Source: a virus
Lineage: Duplodnaviria > Caudoviricetes
Virus record (IMG/VR): IMGVR_UViG_3300020414_001694
Coordinates: 1-64,000 of that record
Length of the DNA stretch: 64,000 nt
Reading direction: 5' to 3' (one strand)
The position numbers were made by a program, and so were the translations under genes. A model generated the notes under the pieces. It was not told the origin of the DNA, ran no database searches, and saw nothing but the letters and a program-made list of their open reading frames with translations. Positions 17,000-25,785 of this stretch are shown in pieces; within the stretch, counting starts at the first letter, position 1, and the number at the start of each line of letters is the position of its first letter.

Positions 17000-17485
17000 T
17001 CAAAACTCCAAACTCTTTATGTGATAGTCCTCAACACTCATAAGTGTAAGAGAGTCTGGGTGATAGACAACTGCTTCAAGAAACAAGACCTCCGTGACAA
17101 TACCCATCAGTCTGGCAAGTTCTTGCTTCTCATGATTAATGTCTCTTATCTGAAACTCTGCTTTCTTTAGGACAACCTTCTCCCCTCCAATAAGGGTTGC
17201 TCTGATGTTCCCCATTGCTGCAATGCGTGAGTTGAAAGCAAGTTTTTGTCTTATCATTGCTTCCTTTGTTGTCCCTTTCCAGTGACTAAAAGGTTTTTGA
17301 AAATCTGAATAGTCCATCCAGTTTATGACTGTGTGCTTGTGCTCCTTCACCATCTCTCCTATAACGCCCATCGTCTGAACTATATCGAACTCGATAGTCT
17401 CCATAGCAGTGAAAACATCTAGTGGTTCAGAATATACTGTGCGAACCACCTGTGGTAACTCAAATTTTAAAATATTAGAAGACAT
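17000..17485 (-). CDS. Hypothetical protein
   Basis: ORF track, abutting neighbours. Confidence 0.7.
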   Translation of the reverse strand: MSSNILKFELPQVVRTVYSEPLDVFTAMETIEFDIVQTMGVIGEMVKEHKHTVINWMDYSDFQKPFSHWKGTTKEAMIRQKLAFNSRIAAMGNIRATLIGGEKVVLKKAEFQIRDINHEKQELARLMGIVTEVLFLEAVVYHPDSLTLMSVEDYHIKSLEF

Positions 17486-18082
17486 TTAATCCTCGTACTC
17501 ATCGTCGGTTGGATAGTATCCACTATCACAGTTTTCATAAAGTCCATCGTTCGGGTCGTCATCGTCAGCACCGAACCACTCATCGAGAACCTGAGAGAAA
17601 GGGTCGGAACTCGAAGTTGCTGACCGAATTGGTGGCGAGTTCGATACCTTTACACTTTTGTTTGTCGATGTCCTTACTGGTGGTGGTGGAATGATAGGTG
17701 CCATTGGTTGAGTAACCCTTTCATCCCTATCTTTATTGTTTTTCTTTAGTTTCTCTTTTACTGAATCTGTTGCACTCTTGTTTCTCTTCCTTCTCCACTT
17801 TTCATCAAAGTTGTCGATAACCAGACTAGGATAAACGATTGGAATATGAGAGTTTCCAGCGTGATATACTCTCACTTTTTTACCATCATCGAGAGTAAGT
17901 GTCGGGTCGCAATCTCTATAGTCAGAGTGGGCAACGAGACCTGCTGCTGTCAGTTCCAGACTCTTTGTAGTAGGATATCCAGATGAAGTTAGACCAGGAA
18001 CTCTTATGCTGAACAAACCAGTGGGACCAGGAGTGATAATCATTCTTTTTCCATCCTTGTAAAAAGAAATGTGTTTAATCAC
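17486..18082 (-). CDS. Hypothetical protein with disordered acidic C-terminus
   Basis: ORF track. Confidence 0.65.
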   Translation of the reverse strand: MIKHISFYKDGKRMIITPGPTGLFSIRVPGLTSSGYPTTKSLELTAAGLVAHSDYRDCDPTLTLDDGKKVRVYHAGNSHIPIVYPSLVIDNFDEKWRRKRNKSATDSVKEKLKKNNKDRDERVTQPMAPIIPPPPVRTSTNKSVKVSNSPPIRSATSSSDPFSQVLDEWFGADDDDPNDGLYENCDSGYYPTDDEYED

Positions 18083-18212
18083 GATTCTCGTACCTCTCTC
18101 TTGCTAACTCCTTTGCGAGACAATAAGCAGCAAAGGGCATCATCATTGCTGAACCGATGACGAGAGGAACCGCAATAATAAACGTATCCAAACAAATGAG
18201 TGTTCTTTTCAT
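18075..18212 (-). CDS. 45-aa single-TM protein (different frame from track ORF 18079..18276)
   Basis: MKRTLICLDTFIIAVPLVIGSAMMMPFAAYCLAKEL...; SD GAGGAG; promoter TTGCTT-N17-TATTAT upstream. Confidence 0.55.
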   Translation of the reverse strand: MKRTLICLDTFIIAVPLVIGSAMMMPFAAYCLAKELARERYENRD

Positions 18213-18317
18213 AAACTCTTTCTTTCTCCTCTCTTTCTAATAAATAGATAATATCAAAAAGAGAGGAAGAAAGCAAGAGAAAGGAGCAGGGAAAATGAAA
18301 AAAACCCTACAAAAAAT

Positions 18318-18410
18318 TGGCAGTGGGAGAGGGATTCGAACCCCCGTGACGCTACAAACGCCAAACGGTTTTCAAGACCGTCGCAATCAGCCAGACTCTG
18401 CCATCCCACT
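18318..18410 (-). tRNA. trnS: tRNA-Ser(UGA)
   Basis: Acceptor AGTGGGA/TCCCACT, G73, encoded CCA, anticodon arm ACGGT-CTTGAAA-ACCGT, long variable arm, GGTTCGAATCC. Confidence 0.95.
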
Positions 18411-18467
18411 ACAAAAACAACTCTCGGTTGCTGTTAATAATTAGTTCTTTACCTGTTTCTTTTTGAA

Positions 18468-18791
18468 TTAGATTCCAAAACTTTCGCCACATCCGCAGGT
18501 TCTTTTCGCTGTCGGATTTTCAAATTTAAAACCTGATTGTCCCAATTCATTTCTGTAATCTATCTGAGTTCCCATAAGGTAGAGAAGTGATTTTCTGTCT
18601 ATCACTATCTTTACACCGTGACTCTCCAACTCCCTATCCTCATCTTTCACTTCATAGGCGTATTTAAGTTGATAAGTAAACCCCGAGCATCCACCGCCCT
18701 GGACACCAACACGTACACCAATTGGTCTAGGGTCCATGTTCGAAAAGAAGTTTTTCAAAGCATCTGCTGCTGCTTCAGTCAAGGTTATCAT
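18468..18791 (-). CDS. iscA: A-type Fe-S carrier IscA/HesB
   Basis: GGGCSGFTY, F.FENP...CGCGESF. Confidence 0.95.
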   Translation of the reverse strand: MITLTEAAADALKNFFSNMDPRPIGVRVGVQGGGCSGFTYQLKYAYEVKDEDRELESHGVKIVIDRKSLLYLMGTQIDYRNELGQSGFKFENPTAKRTCGCGESFGI

Positions 18792-19296
18792 CGTCAGTCA
18801 CCTTGTTGTAAAACCTGAAATCATCGAAGAATTTATCTTGTGCTGTTAGTTTTATTTCTTCTGCCAGTCTAAGAATAGACTTAGAATACCTTCTTTTGAC
18901 TGCCCTGGATGTTCTAGAATTCGGTTTGTTGATACAAACATTACCAGCATTGTATCCGCACAGTGCTCTCTCCATGTCGCCTTTCGCCCTCGCCAACCAG
19001 TATTGCAAGGCAACCGTGCCCGCCTTAATGGATGTCTTGGGTCTCTTTAGTTGTTCGCAAGTGTAGTCGGAATACTGAGGTAACACTTGGGTAAGACCAC
19101 AAGCACCTGCACGACTGACTGCACGAGGGCGAAAGGCACTTTCGTGAAAGATAAGAGATGAAAATACAACAGGGTCTATCCCCCTCTTTTCGGACTCTTC
19201 AACTATGTTGGGCATGACTTCGCAGACTGTTCTACTCTGAACACTGGGCATCCCAAGGGTTGCTACAACCGCTATGCATAATTGTGTTGCAAACAT
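18775..19296 (-). CDS. Lytic transglycosylase (SLT domain) with N-terminal signal/anchor
   Basis: IFHESAF (catalytic Glu), AVSRAGACGLTQV, ALCGYNAG. Confidence 0.88.
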   Translation of the reverse strand: MFATQLCIAVVATLGMPSVQSRTVCEVMPNIVEESEKRGIDPVVFSSLIFHESAFRPRAVSRAGACGLTQVLPQYSDYTCEQLKRPKTSIKAGTVALQYWLARAKGDMERALCGYNAGNVCINKPNSRTSRAVKRRYSKSILRLAEEIKLTAQDKFFDDFRFYNKVTDDDNLD

Positions 19297-19309
19297 CTCT
19301 TTCTCTCAC

Positions 19310-19912
19310 TTACTCTACTTCAATATCCACTGATATGTTCACATACATAGTTGGAAGTCTCAAATGGTTTGCCATATTATGCTTCTTACATTCTTCTGCT
19401 TCCAAGAACCAGTCTGCGTGCTTCTTCTTATCCACAATCTTCAAGAAGTGGTCGTCCTTCTTCCCACAATTGCGTGCCATCATTGTATAAATCTTTTGGT
19501 TTAATCTATCTGCCTCTGCTGCGCCTGCTTTGAGTTCCTCGACCTTGCCCCAGTCCATTGAACTTACGTCGTGAATCATTACAGTTGCGTCTTTGTCCAT
19601 AAAACGAAGACCGTCTTCGCCAAAAGAAAAAAGAACAGCACCACAAGACATTGCTTTGCCTTCAACAATTGTTGCGACTGGTAGTTCGGAATCCCGAATG
19701 GCAGCAATCATTGACATCAAAGAGTATACCTGACCGCCATAAGAATCAATAACAACAGGAATAATCTTCTGCCCCGTATTGTGTGCCTGTGCCATGTCCA
19801 GTGCAAAGTTCTTGGCAGACTCTTCATCAAACTTGTTTACACGAATGATGACTGGTGCCTTCCTGAGTTCTACAGTTTTGATTAGTGGCGAAATCTCTAC
19901 TTTATGCTTCAT
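19310..19912 (-). CDS. clpP: ClpP-family serine protease (copy 1)
   Basis: IDSYGG, AMSCG (Ser), MIHD (His), ADWF..AEE (Asp). Confidence 0.9.
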   Translation of the reverse strand: MKHKVEISPLIKTVELRKAPVIIRVNKFDEESAKNFALDMAQAHNTGQKIIPVVIDSYGGQVYSLMSMIAAIRDSELPVATIVEGKAMSCGAVLFSFGEDGLRFMDKDATVMIHDVSSMDWGKVEELKAGAAEADRLNQKIYTMMARNCGKKDDHFLKIVDKKKHADWFLEAEECKKHNMANHLRLPTMYVNISVDIEVE

Positions 19913-20141
19913 CTTCTTCTTCCTTTTCACAAATAACTTCTGACTCTGTTTCTATCCAGACTTTTGCTCCACAAGATAGAGGTTTGTCTGGAGAATAAAT
20001 AATTCTACAAGGACCGTTCACATAAACCTCACTGCAATAAGTGTTGTCTTTATAAGTTTTCACTGTAATAACTGGTTCTCTGTCTCCAGTCTTTGAGTTA
20101 GAACGAATTTTGTGCTGGTTTACATGGATACGCTTCTTCAT
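19902..20141 (-). CDS. Conserved phage hypothetical protein
   Basis: IHVNQH.I...EPVITVK...GP.R.IYSPDKPLSCGAKVWIET pattern recalled from phage genomes. Confidence 0.75.
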   Translation of the reverse strand: MKKRIHVNQHKIRSNSKTGDREPVITVKTYKDNTYCSEVYVNGPCRIIYSPDKPLSCGAKVWIETESEVICEKEEEDEA

Positions 20142-20230
20142 AGTCTTCTATGCCTGTACCAATCATATGCTACTGAACCAACGAAGATAGCAGCAGCGAG
20201 AGTAAGAATGTCTATCAAAAAATCAAACAT
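20138..20230 (-). CDS. 30-aa single-TM micro-protein
   Basis: MFDFLIDILTLAAAIFVGSVAYDWYRHRRL; ATGA coupling to next gene. Confidence 0.5.
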   Translation of the reverse strand: MFDFLIDILTLAAAIFVGSVAYDWYRHRRL

Positions 20231-20426
20231 TGTCATTTTCCTCTGTTGCCTTCATTGTCTCCAAATACTCTTTTATAAACTCTTTATTTTTCAAGAGTTC
20301 TTGAAATTTTTTTTGTGCTTCAATTTCTTGCTTTATCCTCCTAACTTTCAAGTCAAAATAGATTGCTCCTGACCAGAAGAAAAGTAATGAGAGGGTATAA
20401 GCAGAACCTTGTAGGATTTCTAACAT
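20223..20426 (-). CDS. Single-TM coiled-coil protein
   Basis: ORF track. Confidence 0.6.
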   Translation of the reverse strand: MLEILQGSAYTLSLLFFWSGAIYFDLKVRRIKQEIEAQKKFQELLKNKEFIKEYLETMKATEENDNV

Positions 20427-20449
20427 TTACTAACCTTTTTAATTGATGT

Positions 20450-20668
20450 TTAACCAGTAAAGAAAGATAGGAACTTTTCAAACAAACTCTTGTCATTCTG
20501 TTGATTATCAATGTTCCATCTTGTCTGGTCTATTGCTTCACGCTGCTCGAACTCGTCCCACTGAAGTGTTCTCGCTTTAATTATTGCTTCTTGCTCGTCC
20601 GATGCCTCGATAGACACCCAGGCATTCTTTTCAATAAGATGTGATTGTCTTACTCTGAATGTCTTCAT
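20450..20668 (-). CDS. Hypothetical protein
   Basis: ORF track. Confidence 0.6.
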   Translation of the reverse strand: MKTFRVRQSHLIEKNAWVSIEASDEQEAIIKARTLQWDEFEQREAIDQTRWNIDNQQNDKSLFEKFLSFFTG

Positions 20669-20689
20669 GCATTCCCTTTCAAAGAAAAG

Positions 20690-20765
20690 TGGTGCTGGCG
20701 GTAGGAATCGAACCTACGACCTGATGATTACAAATCAACTGCTCTGCCAACTGAGCTACGCCAGC
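20690..20765 (-). tRNA. trnT: tRNA-Thr(UGU)
   Basis: GCTGGCG acceptor, TAGCTCAGTTGG D-arm, loop TTTGTAA, GGTTCGATTCC, CCA. Confidence 0.95.
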
Positions 20766-20770
20766 GTAAG

Positions 20771-20844
20771 CACCCCAGGCAGGATTCGAACCTGCGACCC
20801 ACGGATTAGAAGTCCGTTGCTCTATCCAACTGAGCTACTGAGGT
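20771..20844 (-). tRNA. trnR: tRNA-Arg(UCU), CCA not encoded
   Basis: ACCTCAG/CTGGGGT acceptor, ACGGA-CTTCTAA-TCCGT anticodon arm. Confidence 0.93.
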
Positions 20845-20847
20845 ACA

Positions 20848-20923
20848 TGGTGGAGGTGAGGAGATTCGAACTCCTGACCTTCTGCGTGCAAGGCAGACGT
20901 TCTCCCAACTGAACTACACCCCC
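20848..20923 (-). tRNA. trnA: tRNA-Ala(UGC)
   Basis: G3:U70 identity pair, TCTGC-CTTGCAC-GCAGA, CCA. Confidence 0.96.
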
Positions 20924-20946
20924 ATGTCTTTTTAAATAGTTACCAA

Positions 20947-21156
20947 CTAAAAACCCATCCAAGGACCAGACATCTCATCCATCCTAATTAATCTCAACTC
21001 ATCAATAAAATGCTTGGCAACAATACCGTCAGACCATCTTACTAATGCTAACTTATCTTCGAAAACCTGAACTACTCTGCCTGTTACTTTCGGTTCAGTT
21101 CTTACAAGTTTTACAAAATCATCTTGCTTTATTTTCTTATTATAATCTTTATTCAT
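20947..21156 (-). CDS. SH3/KOW-like paralog (start adjusted)
   Basis: IKQDDFVKL...TGRVVQV...LVRWSDG...ELRLI. Confidence 0.65.
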   Translation of the reverse strand: MNKDYNKKIKQDDFVKLVRTEPKVTGRVVQVFEDKLALVRWSDGIVAKHFIDELRLIRMDEMSGPWMGF

Positions 21157-21173
21157 TCTCTTGTTAACTCCTT

Positions 21174-21515
21174 TTAAAAAAAGATTTGAATCAAAACAAC
21201 TGTAAGTGCAAGTGTAAAGCAAATCATTGTTTTTGTTGTAAACATAGATTCACCAAGCAAGACGTAAGTTAGGATAGGAAATATAACTATCCCTACACTC
21301 GAACCTATAAACCTCGCCGACCAAACTGAACCTGCTGCATCCGCTGCTGTGGTCCAAGCATAGTAAAACATCATAGAGCATGGAATGCCCCAGACTAAAG
21401 CAGAGATAAATGCCTTGCCCCTCCACCATTCCCAGATGTACTGCGAGTTCAACTGGAACCATGCGAATAGTTGTGCCATTGTGAACAGGGCAACTGCTTT
21501 TAAGACTGCCGTCAT
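21174..21515 (-). CDS. Four-TM small membrane protein, DMT/SMR-like
   Basis: Four hydrophobic helices; LLGE motif before last TM. Confidence 0.6.
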   Translation of the reverse strand: MTAVLKAVALFTMAQLFAWFQLNSQYIWEWWRGKAFISALVWGIPCSMMFYYAWTTAADAAGSVWSARFIGSSVGIVIFPILTYVLLGESMFTTKTMICFTLALTVVLIQIFF

Positions 21516-21979
21516 TAATCCTCCAACTTTCCAATGAGTGTAAAGTTTTCTTTTACTACGCCTAGTTTAAACAAATAATTCAAACTATTAGAACCAGGGT
21601 CACCACCGTTTACTGTTCTGAAATAAAGTTTATTCTCAATCATCTTCTTTAAATCAGATGTCCTAATCACATACATACTCTTGTCACCACTGGGTTCGTG
21701 AGTCTTGTAAAGATAAAAGTCTGCCTTAGAGACAGAAATTCCAGAAGGTTTTCCCCTGCAATGATACTCAAGACCGATGTTTCCAGTCTTCTGACAAGTG
21801 AAATCTTCTTTTATCTCGATAGTTACGACCTCGCCTGAAGGCGTCTTCATTCGAATGTCGTAGTCTGCATTGTCACATTCGTCAATAAACTCGTAACCTT
21901 TCGACACGAGATAGTCTGAGATTTGTCTCTCAGTCTTTCTTGCTATCGGATGGTCTTTTCTAAAGTTATAGTGAGGCAT
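21515..21979 (-). CDS. PD-(D/E)xK restriction-endonuclease-like protein
   Basis: TERQI...YDIRM...IEIKEDF...TGNIGLEY..RGKPSG...KADFY. Confidence 0.7.
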   Translation of the reverse strand: MPHYNFRKDHPIARKTERQISDYLVSKGYEFIDECDNADYDIRMKTPSGEVVTIEIKEDFTCQKTGNIGLEYHCRGKPSGISVSKADFYLYKTHEPSGDKSMYVIRTSDLKKMIENKLYFRTVNGGDPGSNSLNYLFKLGVVKENFTLIGKLED

Positions 21980-21981
21980 CT

Positions 21982-22956
21982 TTACTCCTCCAAAAATCTC
22001 TCTGCTAAATCCTGAACTGTTTCTCGGAGAGCAGAGACGTTTGCTACTTCTGTTTGTTGCTCCTCAATAGTAACATAGAAAGTCGTTGGAACATACTCGC
22101 CCTCAAACAGAGTATTCTCATGTCGCTCAAAGAACTCGTAAGTCGTAACACCAGGGTCTGCTGTGTCTGATAGTGCAGTGGATAACTCTCCTAGCAAGTC
22201 CTTGTGGAAATAGAAAGTGTCCCAGTCTTCTGCTTGTTCCAAGTACATTTGAGCAGCAAGTGCTCGTGCTGTCTCAAAACTTGTTGCTGTTTTTGTTTCT
22301 GAACTTGAGTGAACTCTCTTATAATCGTCAGTTGTTGATGTTCCTGTTACAACATAAATTGATTCACCATTGATTACATTACTCATTTTTGCTTCTTCCT
22401 CCTCTGCTTCTCGCTGATATCTAGCAACTATTTCTTCCATTGATTCTTGATGGGTAGTGTGCTTCTTTACAACACACCCAAATAATGATGCTTCAAACCC
22501 AATGTGACGCTTCTTTCCCTTGAACATTGCCTTGAACTCGTCCTCTGTGAGAACTGGTGTCGTAACCCAACTGGTTGACCAGTTTTGGTCGCTTGCCTGA
22601 ACAACCTCGTAGCAATGGTTTGTAGTAACCATTCGCTCGTCGTCATCGTCAAGGATAATGTGCTCCCTAGTAGGAGTTTCATTAGCGAATGCTTTCTTGC
22701 CTGGTCCTGAATAACAACTAAACATGTCAAGGTTTCCGATGCCTTTCACAGGAACTTCTGAAGAAGTGTTCATAAAGTTCTTTGTTCTATTGTAAGTTCG
22801 TACAACAGCACCTGGGACAATGCCCTTTTCTGTTAGACTCTCTACATAACCTTGCCTAACCAGAGTACTTACATTTAAGTAAGTCTGAAAGTCGTTACTA
22901 ATTTCTTCACACTGCTTTCGAGTGTGCTTTGGATTACCACAATATGTACACGGCAT
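21982..22956 (-). CDS. Zinc-knuckle protein, possibly two fused genes
   Basis: CTYCGNPKHTRKQC = CX2CX4HX4C; internal GAGGAGG SD and ATG at 22386. Confidence 0.7.
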   Translation of the reverse strand: MPCTYCGNPKHTRKQCEEISNDFQTYLNVSTLVRQGYVESLTEKGIVPGAVVRTYNRTKNFMNTSSEVPVKGIGNLDMFSCYSGPGKKAFANETPTREHIILDDDDERMVTTNHCYEVVQASDQNWSTSWVTTPVLTEDEFKAMFKGKKRHIGFEASLFGCVVKKHTTHQESMEEIVARYQREAEEEEAKMSNVINGESIYVVTGTSTTDDYKRVHSSSETKTATSFETARALAAQMYLEQAEDWDTFYFHKDLLGELSTALSDTADPGVTTYEFFERHENTLFEGEYVPTTFYVTIEEQQTEVANVSALRETVQDLAERFLEE

Positions 22957-23168
22957 TATCTTAACCCCTGTCGTCGTTGTCGTTTTTTAGGTTCTTTATA
23001 ATCTTTCCACTCTTTGTAGTATTCTTTTGTCTCTTCGATAATCTCGTCATACTCTTGCTGGGTAATGTATCCCTTCTTGAGTCTCGTTTTCAGAAGAGTT
23101 TTTTCAGTCTTGAGTGCTTGCCCCTTCCTTCGAAGCATGCTATCAATTAGAGTTTCTTTTGTCCACAT
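22956..23168 (-). CDS. Small basic hypothetical protein
   Basis: ORF track; TAATG coupling. Confidence 0.6.
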   Translation of the reverse strand: MWTKETLIDSMLRRKGQALKTEKTLLKTRLKKGYITQQEYDEIIEETKEYYKEWKDYKEPKKRQRRQGLR

Positions 23169-23413
23169 TATCTCTTCCCTTTCTTTAATCGCTTTCTCAA
23201 ATAAGCGCCGACTTCAGAGTCTTCTGGCAACTCAATCTCCTCTAAACCTTCTTCCTCTTCGGGTTCAATAATATCCCATTGAACGTTCTCCATATTATCA
23301 CGTCCGTAAATGGATGTCAAGTGTTTTTTTAAGGTTGCTTCTGTTCTAAATGGAAAGGTGGTAGTTCTACTCTTGATACCATCTTCTTCAAGCAAATAAA
23401 TCGTTACTTCCAT
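23168..23413 (-). CDS. Hypothetical protein (start adjusted to MEVTIY)
   Basis: ATG immediately after upstream stop. Confidence 0.6.
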   Translation of the reverse strand: MEVTIYLLEEDGIKSRTTTFPFRTEATLKKHLTSIYGRDNMENVQWDIIEPEEEEGLEEIELPEDSEVGAYLRKRLKKGKR

Positions 23414-23414
23414 T

Positions 23415-23936
23415 TTATAAAGACCTCTGAATTGCCTCAAAGATGACTTTTTCCATATCCACCTGACGTGACGTATCAGAGGGAACTTTGTCGGCAACGA
23501 CATTTACAATGCTTTGGTCATCGACCCTGCACATGACGTTTGAGTCATTCTCCTTCATGGTCAATTGTTCAAAGTCAACGACGCCTACCTTCCTCTTACC
23601 CGTGTCAATAAAAATCATCTTATCGAATGTCTTTGATGGGACGCCAAGGTTGCGACCTCTGTGGTTTTTAAGAATGACTGATGAAGTGTGTGGCACTCTC
23701 GGTTGAAAGATTGTCCCCTGCATCTTGCACTCGTAACGGAGTCCATCTGAACCCTCGAAGTCCATACCGTCAGCAGAGTCACCGACGTACTTTAACTTGC
23801 CATTGCTGTATTTGTCGATTGCTAACTCAACAATCTCTGTCCGCAATGGTCTAGTCTGGTTACGTTTAAGAGTTCCAGTAGAATCTATGACTCTAAATAC
23901 TTTAGTCCAGTTCACTTCTTTTCTCAAATCAAGCAT
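23415..23936 (-). CDS. PD-(D/E)xK nuclease-like protein
   Basis: RTEIVELAI...GMDF...YECKMQ (E..D..ExK); overlaps MTase stop. Confidence 0.6.
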   Translation of the reverse strand: MLDLRKEVNWTKVFRVIDSTGTLKRNQTRPLRTEIVELAIDKYSNGKLKYVGDSADGMDFEGSDGLRYECKMQGTIFQPRVPHTSSVILKNHRGRNLGVPSKTFDKMIFIDTGKRKVGVVDFEQLTMKENDSNVMCRVDDQSIVNVVADKVPSDTSRQVDMEKVIFEAIQRSL

Positions 23937-24831
23937 TGCTATTCTTCCTTTCATAATTTGTTATTAGCAATTCTTTTCTGTCTCTTTGTGCTTCTGTATA
24001 CACTTTACTAGAACGCATCGTATATGTCAAGTCCCAATCGTTAAAAAAGTAATCAGAAAAGCGCTTTTTTAAGACCTCATTTGAGTTATAAGTAATCATC
24101 CAGTTATGAGGACACTGAACCACGTCTTCATAGAACCTCATGTGATTGAACCCAGAGTGCATGTTTCCGTTCTTTCCATACAAATCGTCCTTTATATCAT
24201 ATGGAGGGTCTAGGAAAACAAAGCAATCCTTTCCTGGAGAGTTCATCACATCTGCATAATCATGATTTGTAATCTTCCACTTCTTTATCAATTTAGAATA
24301 TTCTGGTAACTTGTTGATACCAGTCATGTTAAAGTTCTGTTCAGATGCCTGCTCTGAAAATGAACTGCTCTCGCCAAGACCTGAAAAACTGCACTTGTTC
24401 AGGATATAGAACTGCACTGCTCTTGTCAAGTCACAAGTTTCAGAAGATATGTTTGACTTAGCGTTATTGAACAATTCTCGATGCTTGTCTATCATCAGGT
24501 GTATCTTGGGTTCCCACTCTGATTTTGGCACCTTCTTCTTCCTCAGAGGTTTTGAAGCATAGATGATAGGTTGCTTTATCTTAACCAACTCTTGATGTAG
24601 TTTGCCCCCATTATCTCTAAGTTGAACCCAAAAGTTATATAAATTGTAGTAAGCATCATTGACCCAAACAGATGCGTTCGGTCTAGTCTGTGTTATATGA
24701 AGTGCCATTGAACCACCGCCCAAGAATGGTTCCCTGAAGTCGCTGAAACTTTCAAGCAAACTTGGACTCAACTTCTTTATCGCTCGGGACTTGCCACCAG
24801 GATACCTCAATGGTGTCTTTAAACTTGTCAT
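23929..24831 (-). CDS. dam: D12-class N6-adenine DNA methyltransferase (Dam family)
   Basis: LRYPGGKS, EPFLGGGS, WVND, FLDPPY, WMITYN, ELLITNY. Confidence 0.92.
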   Translation of the reverse strand: MTSLKTPLRYPGGKSRAIKKLSPSLLESFSDFREPFLGGGSMALHITQTRPNASVWVNDAYYNLYNFWVQLRDNGGKLHQELVKIKQPIIYASKPLRKKKVPKSEWEPKIHLMIDKHRELFNNAKSNISSETCDLTRAVQFYILNKCSFSGLGESSSFSEQASEQNFNMTGINKLPEYSKLIKKWKITNHDYADVMNSPGKDCFVFLDPPYDIKDDLYGKNGNMHSGFNHMRFYEDVVQCPHNWMITYNSNEVLKKRFSDYFFNDWDLTYTMRSSKVYTEAQRDRKELLITNYERKNSNA

Positions 24832-25064
24832 ATCTCTTTCTCCGTTACTATCCAACAACCTGGGTTCCTCCACCACTGAGGGTGTGTCTTCAACTCTAGT
24901 TTCTCAGCAAGAGTTCTGACAAGTTCCTGATAATATTGGGAATGTCCCGTGATTATCGCAATGGGCAACTCGTCTATCATCTCCAACATAAAATCTTCTA
25001 TTAAGTGTTCTGCCTTTTCGTGCCTCACACCATGCAAATCTAATGTTGGAAATTTTTCCCTCAT
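24828..25064 (-). CDS. Stand-alone Smr-domain protein
   Basis: TLDLHG...IITGHS...NPG; ATGA-coupled to MTase. Confidence 0.8.
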   Translation of the reverse strand: MREKFPTLDLHGVRHEKAEHLIEDFMLEMIDELPIAIITGHSQYYQELVRTLAEKLELKTHPQWWRNPGCWIVTEKEI

Positions 25065-25122
25065 TGTCTATATTAACACCTTATCACATCAGTCTACGAA
25101 AGTCAAGACTATTTAATCTGTT

Positions 25123-25785
25123 ATGGTAAAAAAAATTCGTCGTAAAGTCAAAAAGATTACAATGAAAGCATCTCTCGTTAGCATGGAACTCGAAGATTTG
25201 ACTGAGGAGAATAAGGAGCAAAAGAACAAACTCTCCAAAGATTTCGAAGACGAGTTTGCCTTCATCGAATGGAAGCGGCAACAAGAAATGAAACAAAAGG
25301 AACAAGAAAGTCCTGAAGAGAAACCAGAAGTTCCCCCTGATGTTCCCCTAGACGAAGACGGACGTGTTGAAAGTAGTACTCCACCTGATACTCCTGATGA
25401 ATTAAAAAAACTTTATCGCTCTATCGCTCAGAAAACTCATCCTGATAAAGTACAAGACGAAGAACTGAACGAAATATTCAAACTTGCTGCCGAAGCAGTT
25501 GACGAAGAAAACTGGATGCTCCTCGTCGAACTTGCTGGTGAATTAAGACTAGACATTGACTTTCTCTCTGATGAAACTCTCGAACTGATAGAGCAAAGTA
25601 TCGAACGCAATCAAAAACAAATCTCTGGAATCAAAAACTCTTTCTCTTACATTTGGTGTAGTCAAAAAGATGACAAAGGAAAGGAAATCTTCAAAGCACT
25701 CTTCTACAAACAGTTCAAAATAAATAAAGAAGAGTTTGCAGAGTGGTTAAAAAATAAACCTACTCCTTCTTGTCAAAAGTCATAG
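25123..25785 (+). CDS. J-domain (DnaJ-like) co-chaperone protein
   Basis: LKKLYRSIAQKTHPDK (HPD motif) flanked by coiled coils; only clear plus-strand gene. Confidence 0.85.
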   Translation: MVKKIRRKVKKITMKASLVSMELEDLTEENKEQKNKLSKDFEDEFAFIEWKRQQEMKQKEQESPEEKPEVPPDVPLDEDGRVESSTPPDTPDELKKLYRSIAQKTHPDKVQDEELNEIFKLAAEAVDEENWMLLVELAGELRLDIDFLSDETLELIEQSIERNQKQISGIKNSFSYIWCSQKDDKGKEIFKALFYKQFKINKEEFAEWLKNKPTPSCQKS

